Shown here in pieces: positions 20,061 through 29,267 of a stretch of DNA of 64,000 nt (its first letter is position 1; the number at the start of each line of letters is the position of its first letter). The notes under the pieces are model-generated. The model made no database searches. It was given only the letters and a program-made list of their open reading frames with translations, and had not been told where the DNA came from. Origin of the DNA: an uncultured Desulfosarcina sp. GTDB lineage: Bacteria > Desulfobacterota > Desulfobacteria > Desulfobacterales > Desulfosarcinaceae. The translations under genes were made by a program, and so were the position numbers. The DNA is taken from contig CAXXWQ010000004.1 of assembly GCA_963674945.2 (NCBI GenBank), positions 1,568,001 to 1,632,000 on the forward strand. The letters are read 5' to 3'.

Positions 20061-20215
20061 TTGGTCCCCATTTAGAAAATCGATTAACGCAGCCGAAATT
20101 GAGTGCCCAATTAGCTGTTAGCGATGAGCAGAACCATTTCAAAAAATCACTGATAAATGCGCAATAAAAAAGAGCGGACAGCGAATTACGAAAGGCGGGC
20201 CGCTCATCGTGAGAT

Positions 20216-23197
20216 TCATCCTTTGGGTTCGGCAAGTGCTTTGCCTGCTTCCGGGGTGTTTTTCTCTTTTCCTTCCTGTCCGGGCAATAGGACGATGGTG
20301 GAGGCTTGCCCGTCAACGAAATATTTGCCTGCAAGATCGGACAAATCCGTTGCGGTCACGGCCGCATAATCGTCGACGAAGGATCTGGCCCATGAAAACT
20401 GCTGGGGATGACGTCCGGAGCCGGTCATCACGCTGTTGAGCCAATAGCCATTGGTCTGTCGCAGGGATTTGATAGAGGTAAGGAGGGGGTCGATGACGCG
20501 TGCCAACTCATCGTCTGAGATCTCATTGTGGGCCAGATCATGGGCGATGGCCTTGACCTCTTTCACGATTGTCTCGCTTTTTGCCGGTGCGACATTGATA
20601 TGCGCCTGGAATACGCCATATCCCTTATACGCCCGACTGCTCCTGTTGAATGCATATGGAGAATAGGAGGCGCCGAGTTTTTCTCTTATCCGCTGCCTGA
20701 GCCGTTCGGAAAAAAGATCGGCGAGAACGGAAAGCCGACGGGTTCGATGGATATCCCAGAAGTCATCTGTCCTCCAGGCGGTAACCACCATGGCCTTTTG
20801 TATCTGTGTTTCGACATCGATCCGGTAAAATTCTCCCTTGGGTAGACGGGGCAGGTCGGTTCTTGACACGTTTGAAGCGCCAGTTCGCTCGGGAAGTGCA
20901 CCCAAGTACCGCCGCGCCAGCTCGATGACGGCATCCACATCGACATCGCCGGCGATGGAAAGTTCCAGCGGTGCATTTTGCAGCGGTGGCAGGATCCACG
21001 CTCGGATATCATCCAAGGAAATGGCCTGCAGCTTCTCGAGAGAGGGCAGGCCGAATCGAGTGTCCCCACCGGCCAGGATTTTCATTCCCCGAATCCGCAT
21101 CATCCCCTCGATGGATCGGGTGAGAGATTGATATTCCTGTTGCATGCGTTTTCTTACCAGGCCCAATGCATCTTCTCGAAATCCGGGATCCATGATATGT
21201 GCATAAATCAACTGGAACAACAGCTCCACCTCGTTGGTCACGCTCTCGGCGAAGAAGTTGAAATGGGTTTCCGCGATCCTGAAGTCTACATAGGTGCTTT
21301 TCCCGGTCAGTGCCCGCTCCAGTGTATCGGAATCCATGGTCCCCAAGCCGCTCTCACCGATTACCTCTTCGGCGAGAAGTGAAAGCCCCGGAAGGGATTT
21401 GGGTTCCATCGACGTACCCTGGCCGAAAATCATGTTGGCCAGAACCTCATCGGCCTTATAGTCGGTTCTTTTTACATTGACGTGGATTCCGTTTCCCAAA
21501 CAAACACGAACGATTCCCAAATCATCGATAGTTTCCCTGGATGCAATGGTTCCCGTATCTTCCGGATTCGGCAGATAAGGAAATGCGACGGTCTTTTTTC
21601 CCTCGACCGGAAAGACCTTCTTTTGGGCAGAGGCCAGATATGCCTTTTCGATAAGAGATTCTGGTGCAACACCGGCCGACGACCGCAAATCGGCGTTCCC
21701 GGTAACCAGAACCAGCCGATGGTCATCGGACCAGTTTTTCACGAATGCCTCGTGGACATCCTCCAGGGTCACGGCAGTAACCAGGGGAACCAGAAGGTCT
21801 CTTCGCTGCTGGGGTGACTGAATCACCTTACCATCAGAGAGACTTCGAATCATTTGTCTGGCAAGCGTCGAACTGTTTCGGGTTGAGGCCTTGCGAACTT
21901 CATCTTCCAATTGTTTAATGGTGTCTTTTTTCACCCGATTCAGTTCGCTTTCGGAAAAACCGTATTCGGCTGCCTGCCGCAAGGTCTGTTCCAAATCGTC
22001 AAGGGTTTTTTTCCAGTTGGCTGTATTGCTGTCCGCCGAAATTTCTGCGTACCGAATCCGGTTCAGGTATATGCCGCTGCCGATGGTAGCCGCCGTGAAC
22101 GGCGTATCCGGCACCTTGGTGCTGGCATCCAGCCGGTTTTGAACGATCTGGTCAGCCAATGAATCCAAAAGGTCTCGTTGGCGATGCAAGCGTGTATCCG
22201 GCACCGGATCTTGGGAACGAACCACCTCGATGCTTACGGTTGTTCCGCCCACCTCCGGTTCATAATGGTAAAAAAAACGCACCCCCTCGTGATCGATGGT
22301 ACCGAAGGCGGGCAAAGGGGGCGCCGGCGCCCTGGGGGAAAAATCCGTAAATTGATCTTGAATGAGTCGTTTGGCAAGGGAAATGGAGAAGTCTCCGACC
22401 ATAACCAAAACCATGTTATCCGGCCGATACCATTCGTCATAAAACTGCTTGAGGGCTTTTCGGTCGGCTTTTTCGATCATCTGCCGTTTTCCGATGGGTA
22501 GCCGTTTTGATATGATATGGTCGGGAAGCTCAAACGACAATGTGGAGGTAAACGTTCGATATGCGGCCGAGTCCCTCGCCCGCATCTCGGAAAGAATCAC
22601 GGCGCGCTCCCGGTTGACCTCTTCTTCCAGAATCAAGGCACCCATCGCATAATCTGCCATGACCAACAGACCTTTTCTCAGGTTTTGTTCATCTCCTTTG
22701 GGCAGGACAATGTCGTAGACGGTTTCATCGAATCCCGTGTGTGCATTCGCATCGTTTCCAAACTGCATACCGATGCTCTGAAAGTAACGGACCAATTCGC
22801 CGGGGGGAAAATGGGTTGATCCGTTGAAGAGCATGTGTTCGAGAAAATGGGCAAACCCTTGCTGCTCGTTTTTCTCGTTTAAGCTTCCCGCGCGAATGTA
22901 CAGGTGCATGCTGACACGATCTTCGGGGCGCTGGTTTTCCTTCAGCAGGTATCCAAAGCCGTTCGGTAGCCTTCCGAAAGTGATCGTTGGATCCGGCAAA
23001 AAATCACTCTCTTCGTGGGGCCACCTTACATGGTCGTTTTTTCCGGCGGTACTCGGATCGACGGTACCGGCAGCGATCGATGCGAAAACGACTGCATGGA
23101 AAAACAAAGCGGGCAATACCATTATCGATGCAATGCGAAGCGAGACATTAAAAAAACACCGATTGCACTGCGAATGTAAAGATCGGCGACGGATCAT
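20216..23197 (-). CDS. M16 family zinc peptidase (PqqL-like), exported; start uncertain
   Basis: GFAHFLEHMLFNGS HxxEH, NAHTGFDET, RLPIG, WYRPDNM, IREKLGASYS. Confidence 0.92.
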   Translation of the reverse strand: MIRRRSLHSQCNRCFFNVSLRIASIMVLPALFFHAVVFASIAAGTVDPSTAGKNDHVRWPHEESDFLPDPTITFGRLPNGFGYLLKENQRPEDRVSMHLYIRAGSLNEKNEQQGFAHFLEHMLFNGSTHFPPGELVRYFQSIGMQFGNDANAHTGFDETVYDIVLPKGDEQNLRKGLLVMADYAMGALILEEEVNRERAVILSEMRARDSAAYRTFTSTLSFELPDHIISKRLPIGKRQMIEKADRKALKQFYDEWYRPDNMVLVMVGDFSISLAKRLIQDQFTDFSPRAPAPPLPAFGTIDHEGVRFFYHYEPEVGGTTVSIEVVRSQDPVPDTRLHRQRDLLDSLADQIVQNRLDASTKVPDTPFTAATIGSGIYLNRIRYAEISADSNTANWKKTLDDLEQTLRQAAEYGFSESELNRVKKDTIKQLEDEVRKASTRNSSTLARQMIRSLSDGKVIQSPQQRRDLLVPLVTAVTLEDVHEAFVKNWSDDHRLVLVTGNADLRSSAGVAPESLIEKAYLASAQKKVFPVEGKKTVAFPYLPNPEDTGTIASRETIDDLGIVRVCLGNGIHVNVKRTDYKADEVLANMIFGQGTSMEPKSLPGLSLLAEEVIGESGLGTMDSDTLERALTGKSTYVDFRIAETHFNFFAESVTNEVELLFQLIYAHIMDPGFREDALGLVRKRMQQEYQSLTRSIEGMMRIRGMKILAGGDTRFGLPSLEKLQAISLDDIRAWILPPLQNAPLELSIAGDVDVDAVIELARRYLGALPERTGASNVSRTDLPRLPKGEFYRIDVETQIQKAMVVTAWRTDDFWDIHRTRRLSVLADLFSERLRQRIREKLGASYSPYAFNRSSRAYKGYGVFQAHINVAPAKSETIVKEVKAIAHDLAHNEISDDELARVIDPLLTSIKSLRQTNGYWLNSVMTGSGRHPQQFSWARSFVDDYAAVTATDLSDLAGKYFVDGQASTIVLLPGQEGKEKNTPEAGKALAEPKG

Positions 23198-23383
23198 TTG
23201 CTTTACCTTTACCCCATCCATGTTGTCTCGGAAAATTCCAAGGATAACGAAACACCTTTCAGATTGTAATACAATGCGAAAAAATGGCAATGCCATGAAA
23301 TAGAAAAGCCTTCGGGCACCATTCTACAAATGGTCGACAGGAAGGCATATTCTATGGCGAAAATGGGTCTGATCTTGCTATGA

Positions 23384-23809
23384 CTATTTTTTCTTCTTAA
23401 CGTAAACCCCCCTGGCGATCGTCTCCACAAGCCCCTTCTTGGTGAGTTTGTATAGTGCATTGCTCACCTGCCGGGATTCCAGCCCGGTTCTTTTTTTCAG
23501 TCGTTCCACGGAGATTCCATTTCGACTTCTGCTAATCATTTTAAGAATATTATCAAGCATGGTTTGGCCATCATCTGCAGATGATGGCTGGGCCTTTGAT
23601 ACGGAAGCCGATTTTTTCACTGCCGATTTCTTTTTTCGCGCCGCCTTCTTTGCAGCTGGAGCCTTGGGACTCTTTTTCGCCTTCGTCCGTTTCGACGCTT
23701 TTGCTACTCCACCATCCGTCTCGATTGTTTCTGCAATTTTCTCCACCTTGCTGACGAGAGAAGATAGAGCCGCAGAAATTGACAGCAGTTCGTTTTGAAC
23801 CTTTTTCAT
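23384..23809 (-). CDS. Basic histone-like protein with C-terminal winged helix
   Basis: Coiled-coil N-terminus, K/A-rich linker (KAKKSPKAPAAKKAARKKK), wHTH-like QVSNALYKLTKKGLVETIARGVY. Confidence 0.75.
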   Translation of the reverse strand: MKKVQNELLSISAALSSLVSKVEKIAETIETDGGVAKASKRTKAKKSPKAPAAKKAARKKKSAVKKSASVSKAQPSSADDGQTMLDNILKMISRSRNGISVERLKKRTGLESRQVSNALYKLTKKGLVETIARGVYVKKKK

Positions 23810-24051
23810 TAGCTTGAGCCTCCTTAATCAAAGCGTTTTTCGCTACTTATTTAGCTATTTAACCAGCAGCCCTATTATATTTATCTTCTATTGTCAACCC
23901 TTGTTTGTCTTTGTTTACGACCACGGACTGAAAAGAACACAAGAGACGGAGGAAGGGATGAATGGCGTAATAGCAGTTTTTTTCACAGGGAAGTAATGAC
24001 GAACGTCAGTGCTGTCCAATGGAATTGACATAGAACAAAGAATTCTGGTGG

Positions 24052-24300
24052 CTACTGCTCCCGCAAAAATGCCCACCAGATGTAAAAAAAGAAGAAAATC
24101 CAGGCCGCGATGGCGACTGCATACGCTTTCCAATCCGTCTTACGAGAAGCCATGCCGTGTTTGTCGACTTTCCCGACAGCGGCCTTGCACTCCGGGCATA
24201 CATCAACGTGAAGTGGCATGTATGCAAAACATTCCGGGCATTTTTTGGATACATACCCGTTGGGATTGTCGGAATTGTTTGAACCGGCTTTTTTATTCAT
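24052..24300 (-). CDS. Small zinc-ribbon membrane protein
   Basis: CPEC-x10-CPEC and a C-terminal TM helix. Confidence 0.7.
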   Translation of the reverse strand: MNKKAGSNNSDNPNGYVSKKCPECFAYMPLHVDVCPECKAAVGKVDKHGMASRKTDWKAYAVAIAAWIFFFFYIWWAFLREQ

Positions 24301-24338
24301 ATCAAATCCATCGACTCCCTAACGATGGAAAAACTATA

Positions 24339-26231
24339 TTATTTAATGTACTCACGTTCAATTTTGATCTGGCTGTTTGCCTTTCTTGCATCGATCCAGT
24401 CTTGCATCACCCGTCTCTGCTTTTGGCCGAGCAGTCGTTTCTGAATTTCCTCCTTCTCGGAGTCAAACCCCTCGGCATCGGGCATTTTTATCTCCGACAA
24501 CCGCAGCAGGTAATACCCTGCGTTTCCCTTGACCGGCTTCGTCGTGTGACTTCCGACGGAAGCCAATGCAAAAGCCGCTTTTGAAAAGTTGGTGTCGGAG
24601 CCGATTTCGGGAATGGAAGAATTTTGCATGAACAGACCAGATTTTTTCACCGCTACACCGTGATGTGCTGCAATTTCTTCAAACCCTTTTTCTTCAGAAA
24701 GATCATCCGCCATCAATTGGGCAGTTGACTTTGCTCTTTCGTCCTGCATGATTTTGGTCAAATCGGATTCGACCCGACTCTGAACGGATTCCAATGAAGG
24801 GATGACCGATGGAATTTTTTCCGTCGTCTGGATGATAAAGTAGCGACCATCGATCTCCTGGATGTCGCTGATCTCATCCACATTGAGAGCAAACGCCGTG
24901 TTGGCGAAGTTTCTTCCGTTTCGACCCAAATCGTCCGGTCCTCCTCGATCGAAAGTCTCGGTTTCCATCACGGTAAGCCCTAATGCTTTCGCGTTTTTTA
25001 CCAGGTCATCTTTTTCAAAACACCTCTCATAGAATTCCTCTGCTTCATCGTAGGCCAGGTTACGCGCGTCTCTCTTCTTAAGCAGGCGGGAAATCTCTTC
25101 TTTGCTTTCATCGAGAGTTTTAACAGAAGCTTCTTCCACGGATTCGACTTTGATAACGTGCCACCCGAATTGTGTCTTTACCGGTTCACTGATTTCACCC
25201 GCCGCCATTGAGAATGCTTTGTCGGCGAAAGGCTTGACCATTTGAGTTTTGGTAAACTTTCCCAGGTACCCGCCCGAATCTTTGGAGGGGCCTTCGGAGT
25301 ATTTTTTTGCCAACTCAGCAAAATCCTGACCCGATTTTGCCAGCGAGGCAACCTCCTGGGCCTTGGATTTGGCCGCCTGGCTTGCTTCTTCTCCCTCCTT
25401 TGGGTCCACTCGAATCAAGATATGTCGCGCCTCGACCGTATCTTCAGTGGTAAATTGGGAGAGATTGTTCTCGTAGTAGGAAGCAACGTCTTCATCGTTT
25501 ACGACCACCCGAGACGTGAAGGTATCCGGATCGAAAACCACATACCGGGCCTTTGCCTTGGGGTTGGTTTTGTATTTTTCTTTTTCTTTCTCGAAATAGT
25601 CGGCAACTTCTTTCTCAGACGGTTTGATGTCCTTGTATCGATCCGGTGTGAAAAGTACATAATCCACGGAAACTTCTGTTTTTTGCCAATCGTACCACTG
25701 ATGCGCCTCTGCTTCTGAAACCTTGGCAGCCCCCAGAACAATCCTTGTGAGTTTTTGACCGAGCAGGACATTTTTCTGGTCCGCCTCGAACTCCTCCGGC
25801 GTGAGGTGAACCTGAGAAAGAATGCTGTGATAACGGCGGCTATCGAACGTACCGTTGGATTGGAAAATCTCGATCTTCATGATCGAATCGGCCACTTCGC
25901 TATCGGTAACCCGCAGCCCCAGTTTTTTTGCCTCTTGCAACAGGATTGTGCGGTCGATCAGCTGGTCAATCGCCTGTTTCTTGAGCTGGAGCATCTCGAT
26001 CATATCGTCGTTGAAGCTTTCGCCGAACCGTTGGCGGTATTGATCGATCATGTTGTTATAGGCGCGCCGGTACTCGGCGATGCTGATTATTTCACCGTTT
26101 ACGGTGGCGACCTTTGATGCCCTCCGGGAGCGAAAGCTTCCCACTCCCCAAAATACAAAGACGATCACAATCGCAAACAACAACACCTTGATCATCCAAC
26201 TGCCGGCATGTTTCCGCATCACGTTGAGCAT
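24339..26231 (-). CDS. ppiD: Periplasmic folding chaperone / parvulin PPIase (PpiD-like)
   Basis: N-terminal anchor, SurA-N domain, ARHILI...FAELAKKYSE...GGYLG...KTQFGWHVI. Confidence 0.9.
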   Translation of the reverse strand: MLNVMRKHAGSWMIKVLLFAIVIVFVFWGVGSFRSRRASKVATVNGEIISIAEYRRAYNNMIDQYRQRFGESFNDDMIEMLQLKKQAIDQLIDRTILLQEAKKLGLRVTDSEVADSIMKIEIFQSNGTFDSRRYHSILSQVHLTPEEFEADQKNVLLGQKLTRIVLGAAKVSEAEAHQWYDWQKTEVSVDYVLFTPDRYKDIKPSEKEVADYFEKEKEKYKTNPKAKARYVVFDPDTFTSRVVVNDEDVASYYENNLSQFTTEDTVEARHILIRVDPKEGEEASQAAKSKAQEVASLAKSGQDFAELAKKYSEGPSKDSGGYLGKFTKTQMVKPFADKAFSMAAGEISEPVKTQFGWHVIKVESVEEASVKTLDESKEEISRLLKKRDARNLAYDEAEEFYERCFEKDDLVKNAKALGLTVMETETFDRGGPDDLGRNGRNFANTAFALNVDEISDIQEIDGRYFIIQTTEKIPSVIPSLESVQSRVESDLTKIMQDERAKSTAQLMADDLSEEKGFEEIAAHHGVAVKKSGLFMQNSSIPEIGSDTNFSKAAFALASVGSHTTKPVKGNAGYYLLRLSEIKMPDAEGFDSEKEEIQKRLLGQKQRRVMQDWIDARKANSQIKIEREYIK

Positions 26232-26515
26232 TACAACCTCATTTTTCTAACTTAAAAGGCGGGCTTGATCGGTTCCGGCACTGACCCGAATGGACCCAAT
26301 GGTTTATATTTAAACAAAAAACCGCAAGCCGACGGTTTCCATTGTAAGCACTTCGACACACTCGCACAAAAACCGTTGTGTGTAGTGATATCGAAAAAAT
26401 TCCGTCTTATCAAACAATTGAGGATAGATGGTGGTGCAAATTTTGTCAATAGTTTACCCTCCTAACCACCGGAGTATCGTAACTTCGATCTTTTTTTCGT
26501 AACCCGAAAATTTAT

Positions 26516-26544
26516 TTGACATGGCAAAGTGAATTTGTTAGCTT
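26516..26544 (+). promoter_or_regulatory. Sigma70 promoter of tRNA-Ala
   Basis: TTGACA-17 nt-TAGCTT, 14 nt upstream of the tRNA. Confidence 0.75.
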
Positions 26545-26558
26545 TCGCTTTCATTTTC

Positions 26559-26634
26559 GGGGCTGTAGCTCAGCTGGGAGAGCGCATGACTGGCAGTCAT
26601 GAGGTCAGGGGTTCGATCCCCCTCAGCTCCACCA
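26559..26634 (+). tRNA. tRNA-Ala(GGC)
   Basis: GGGGCTGTAGCTCAGCTGGGAGAGCG...CATGA-CTGGCAG-TCATG...GGTTCGATCC...CAGCTCCACCA; G3:U70 pair; encoded CCA. Confidence 0.98.
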
Positions 26635-26644
26635 GAATGGATTC

Positions 26645-26678
26645 AAGGGGTTAGCGATCATTCGCGGCCCCTTTTTTC
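26645..26678 (+). terminator. Terminator after tRNA-Ala
   Basis: AAGGGGTTAGCGA-tcat-TCGCGGCCCCTT followed by a T run. Confidence 0.7.
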
Positions 26679-26828
26679 GTGGTATTTTTCTGATCAGATG
26701 CGGATAGATTGCGGCTATAAAAAAGATGCAAAAAAAGTAAAGATCGGGAGGTGTTAGCTGGTCAATATCTTTAGGTAAAATTTTTACATGGGATACGACC
26801 TTTCTCCTTTTGCGGGTTGGAGAAAGAC

Positions 26829-26868
26829 AACGCAACAACCGCTGGCTTTAACCGGCGGTTGTTGCGTT
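26829..26868. terminator. Strong hairpin abutting the IS target site
   Basis: AACGCAACAACCGCTGG-ctttaa-CCGGCGGTTGTTGCGTT. Confidence 0.7.
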
Positions 26869-26874
26869 TAGATA

Positions 26875-28559
26875 GTTCCCATCCACGATAATAAGTGGCT
26901 GGAATAAATAAAAAAAGCGCATTTTGTGCTGGCATTTTCTCACTATATGTAGTATAAAGTATTTTGCCAAACACTTAAAAATACTACGGAAACAAGAAAA
27001 GGGGCCAACACAAAATGCGCGAGAAACAACAAAAACGAATGCCTCTGATGGATTTTGCCACAGGTCATCCCAAAGAAATAGAACTGGAGATGATTAGCAG
27101 TATCCTTGATGAGACTTCTACCATTTACGATCATGTTCTGCAAGACCTCAACGGTGGTTTGAAGGTTGAACGTAACCGCACCGGTGCAAATGGTATGAGC
27201 GCCGAGCAGGTAACCCGGGCCGCGATTGTGATGAAGCTTTTCAACTTCACCTATGAAGATCTGGCCTTTCATATCTCTGATTCCAGATCGCTCAGACTGT
27301 TTTGCAGGATCGGTATTTTCGATAAGGGCTTCAAAAAGTCCGCCCTGAATCAAAATATCAAAAGGATCAGACCAGAAACCTGGGAACTCATTTCCCTGGA
27401 CCTTTTGGCATATGCGAAAGACAACGACATCGAAAAAGGCCGAAAGGCTCGGGTTGATTGTACCGTTGTCGAGAGCAACATCCATCCGCCTTATGATTCG
27501 ATGCAGTTGTACGACTCAGTACGTGTGCTCACGCGGTTGTTGACCCAAGCCCGGGATGACTTCAAGCTCAGAATTGTTTTCACGGATCATCGTCGCCGTG
27601 CGAAAAAGAGGATGACCGCCATCCAGTACGCAAAAGGAGAAAAAGAACGACTGTCCCCGTATACAGACCTGCTCAAGGTCACCCGGAAAACCATCGGCTA
27701 CGCGATTAAAGCCGAGGAAATTATAGGTGGACACTACACGGCAAATTTTCAATTGCTTGGCTTACTGGACGCCATCAGACATTATGGCGATTTGGCCCGT
27801 CAGGTCTACGATCAGACCTATCGCCGGGTTATTCAAGGCGAAAGCGTACCAGCCGACCAGAAGGTGTTTTCAATTTTCGAAGACCACACGGACATCATCA
27901 TCAAAGACCGTCGGGAAAGTAATTATGGTCATAAAATTTGCCTAACCGGGGGAGCCTCGAACCTTATCCTTGATTGTGTCATTCTTGAGGGTAATCCCGC
28001 CGACAGCAAACTGGTTGAAAAGATGTTGGACCGTCAGAACCAGGTCTACGGGCGTTACCCACTGAAAGTGGCATTGGACGGTGGCTTTGCGTCCAAAGGA
28101 AATCTGGCGGTTGCCAAAGCCAGAGGCGTCAAAGATGTCTGCTTTGCCAAGAAGCGTGGTCTTGACGAGGGTGACATGTGTCGCAGTCCTTATGTTTACA
28201 GAAAGCTCAGGCAGTTCCGTGCCGGGATCGAATCGGGGATATCCTGGCTCAAACGCAGTTTCGGCTTGACCCGTTGTACCTGGAAAGGATTTCGCTCATT
28301 CAAAAGCTATGTGCTTTCATCGGTTGTCGCGGCCAATCTGATTACGATCGCCCGAAAGCAAATAGCAGCTGCTACGTAAGCAAAGCATAGAAAACGGCCG
28401 GGCATTTGCAGCGAAGGGATAGGTGCGTCTGGAGAAGCGCTTCAATAAGCATTAACCCTAAATAGAACGGTTTTTGTATACTACTGTGCTGGAGAAAAAG
28501 CTCCTCCCCGTTTTTACTTCTCAGCACACGGCTGAAAATATCAATTTATGGACGGACAC
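26875..28559 (+). mobile_element. Insertion sequence, ISNCY family (ISDol1-like), 1685 bp
   Basis: Imperfect terminal IRs GTTCCCATCCA / TGGACGGACAC; TAGATA direct repeat at 26869-26874 and 28560-28565; single transposase. Confidence 0.85.
27015..28379 (+). CDS. DDE transposase (ISNCY-like)
   Basis: RVDCTVVESNIHPP, KVFSIFEDHT, GNPAD, ALDGGFAS, FRAGIESGISWLKR. Confidence 0.93.
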   Translation: MREKQQKRMPLMDFATGHPKEIELEMISSILDETSTIYDHVLQDLNGGLKVERNRTGANGMSAEQVTRAAIVMKLFNFTYEDLAFHISDSRSLRLFCRIGIFDKGFKKSALNQNIKRIRPETWELISLDLLAYAKDNDIEKGRKARVDCTVVESNIHPPYDSMQLYDSVRVLTRLLTQARDDFKLRIVFTDHRRRAKKRMTAIQYAKGEKERLSPYTDLLKVTRKTIGYAIKAEEIIGGHYTANFQLLGLLDAIRHYGDLARQVYDQTYRRVIQGESVPADQKVFSIFEDHTDIIIKDRRESNYGHKICLTGGASNLILDCVILEGNPADSKLVEKMLDRQNQVYGRYPLKVALDGGFASKGNLAVAKARGVKDVCFAKKRGLDEGDMCRSPYVYRKLRQFRAGIESGISWLKRSFGLTRCTWKGFRSFKSYVLSSVVAANLITIARKQIAAAT

Positions 28560-28580
28560 TAGATAGTTGATCCGATCTTA

Positions 28581-29006
28581 TCATTTAACAATGATCGTAC
28601 CGGCTGATTTCACCGAGGGTTGCGTCTTCGGTTGTATTTCGTAGTTATAGGTTCCAGCTTTTACTATTTGCAGACTCTTTGTTTGGCCTTTTCCATAATA
28701 GCCGGTAACAAAGCTTTTCTTCGATCCCTCGCATTCAAAGCCTGACGGGTTGACAATACACTCTTCACTGCCCATGAATCTAATTTTGACAGAATCCTTG
28801 CTCATGTTTGCCCAAAACACACAATCACCGGCGGATATCTCCAGTGTCTGTGGATCAATTGCGATAACTATGGTAGGTTGCGCCTGAGATGTTACCTTTA
28901 TAAGCAGGCATTCCTCGGCGGAAACTGTTTCCGTCCCCAGCATGCTCAACACCATGACGACCGCAAAACAGATACCGATTCCGATGATAAAACGTTTGTT
29001 TTTCAT
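28581..29006 (-). CDS. Exported cupredoxin-fold-like protein
   Basis: Signal peptide; DPQTLEISAGDCVFWAN...AGTYNY...GTIIVK pattern; no His in the sequence. Confidence 0.6.
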   Translation of the reverse strand: MKNKRFIIGIGICFAVVMVLSMLGTETVSAEECLLIKVTSQAQPTIVIAIDPQTLEISAGDCVFWANMSKDSVKIRFMGSEECIVNPSGFECEGSKKSFVTGYYGKGQTKSLQIVKAGTYNYEIQPKTQPSVKSAGTIIVK

Positions 29007-29267
29007 AATTGCTCTCCTTTCTTAGATGATTAGCAGCAAAATAAATTCGGCATGTGCTTAGAACGCTACGTGTAGCAAGCATGAATAAATATAAAATGAC
29101 CATTTAGAATATGTCAATTATTATCGTTGCTGAATGAAGAAAGTAAGCTTCATGGTAATATCTTTTATGGTACTTTTATCTAATCTGACATGACGATGTG
29201 CAAGCAATAATTACAATATGTAAATCCAAGACTAGAAATTCATTGCCTCCTAGTAAATGATAGCAAA

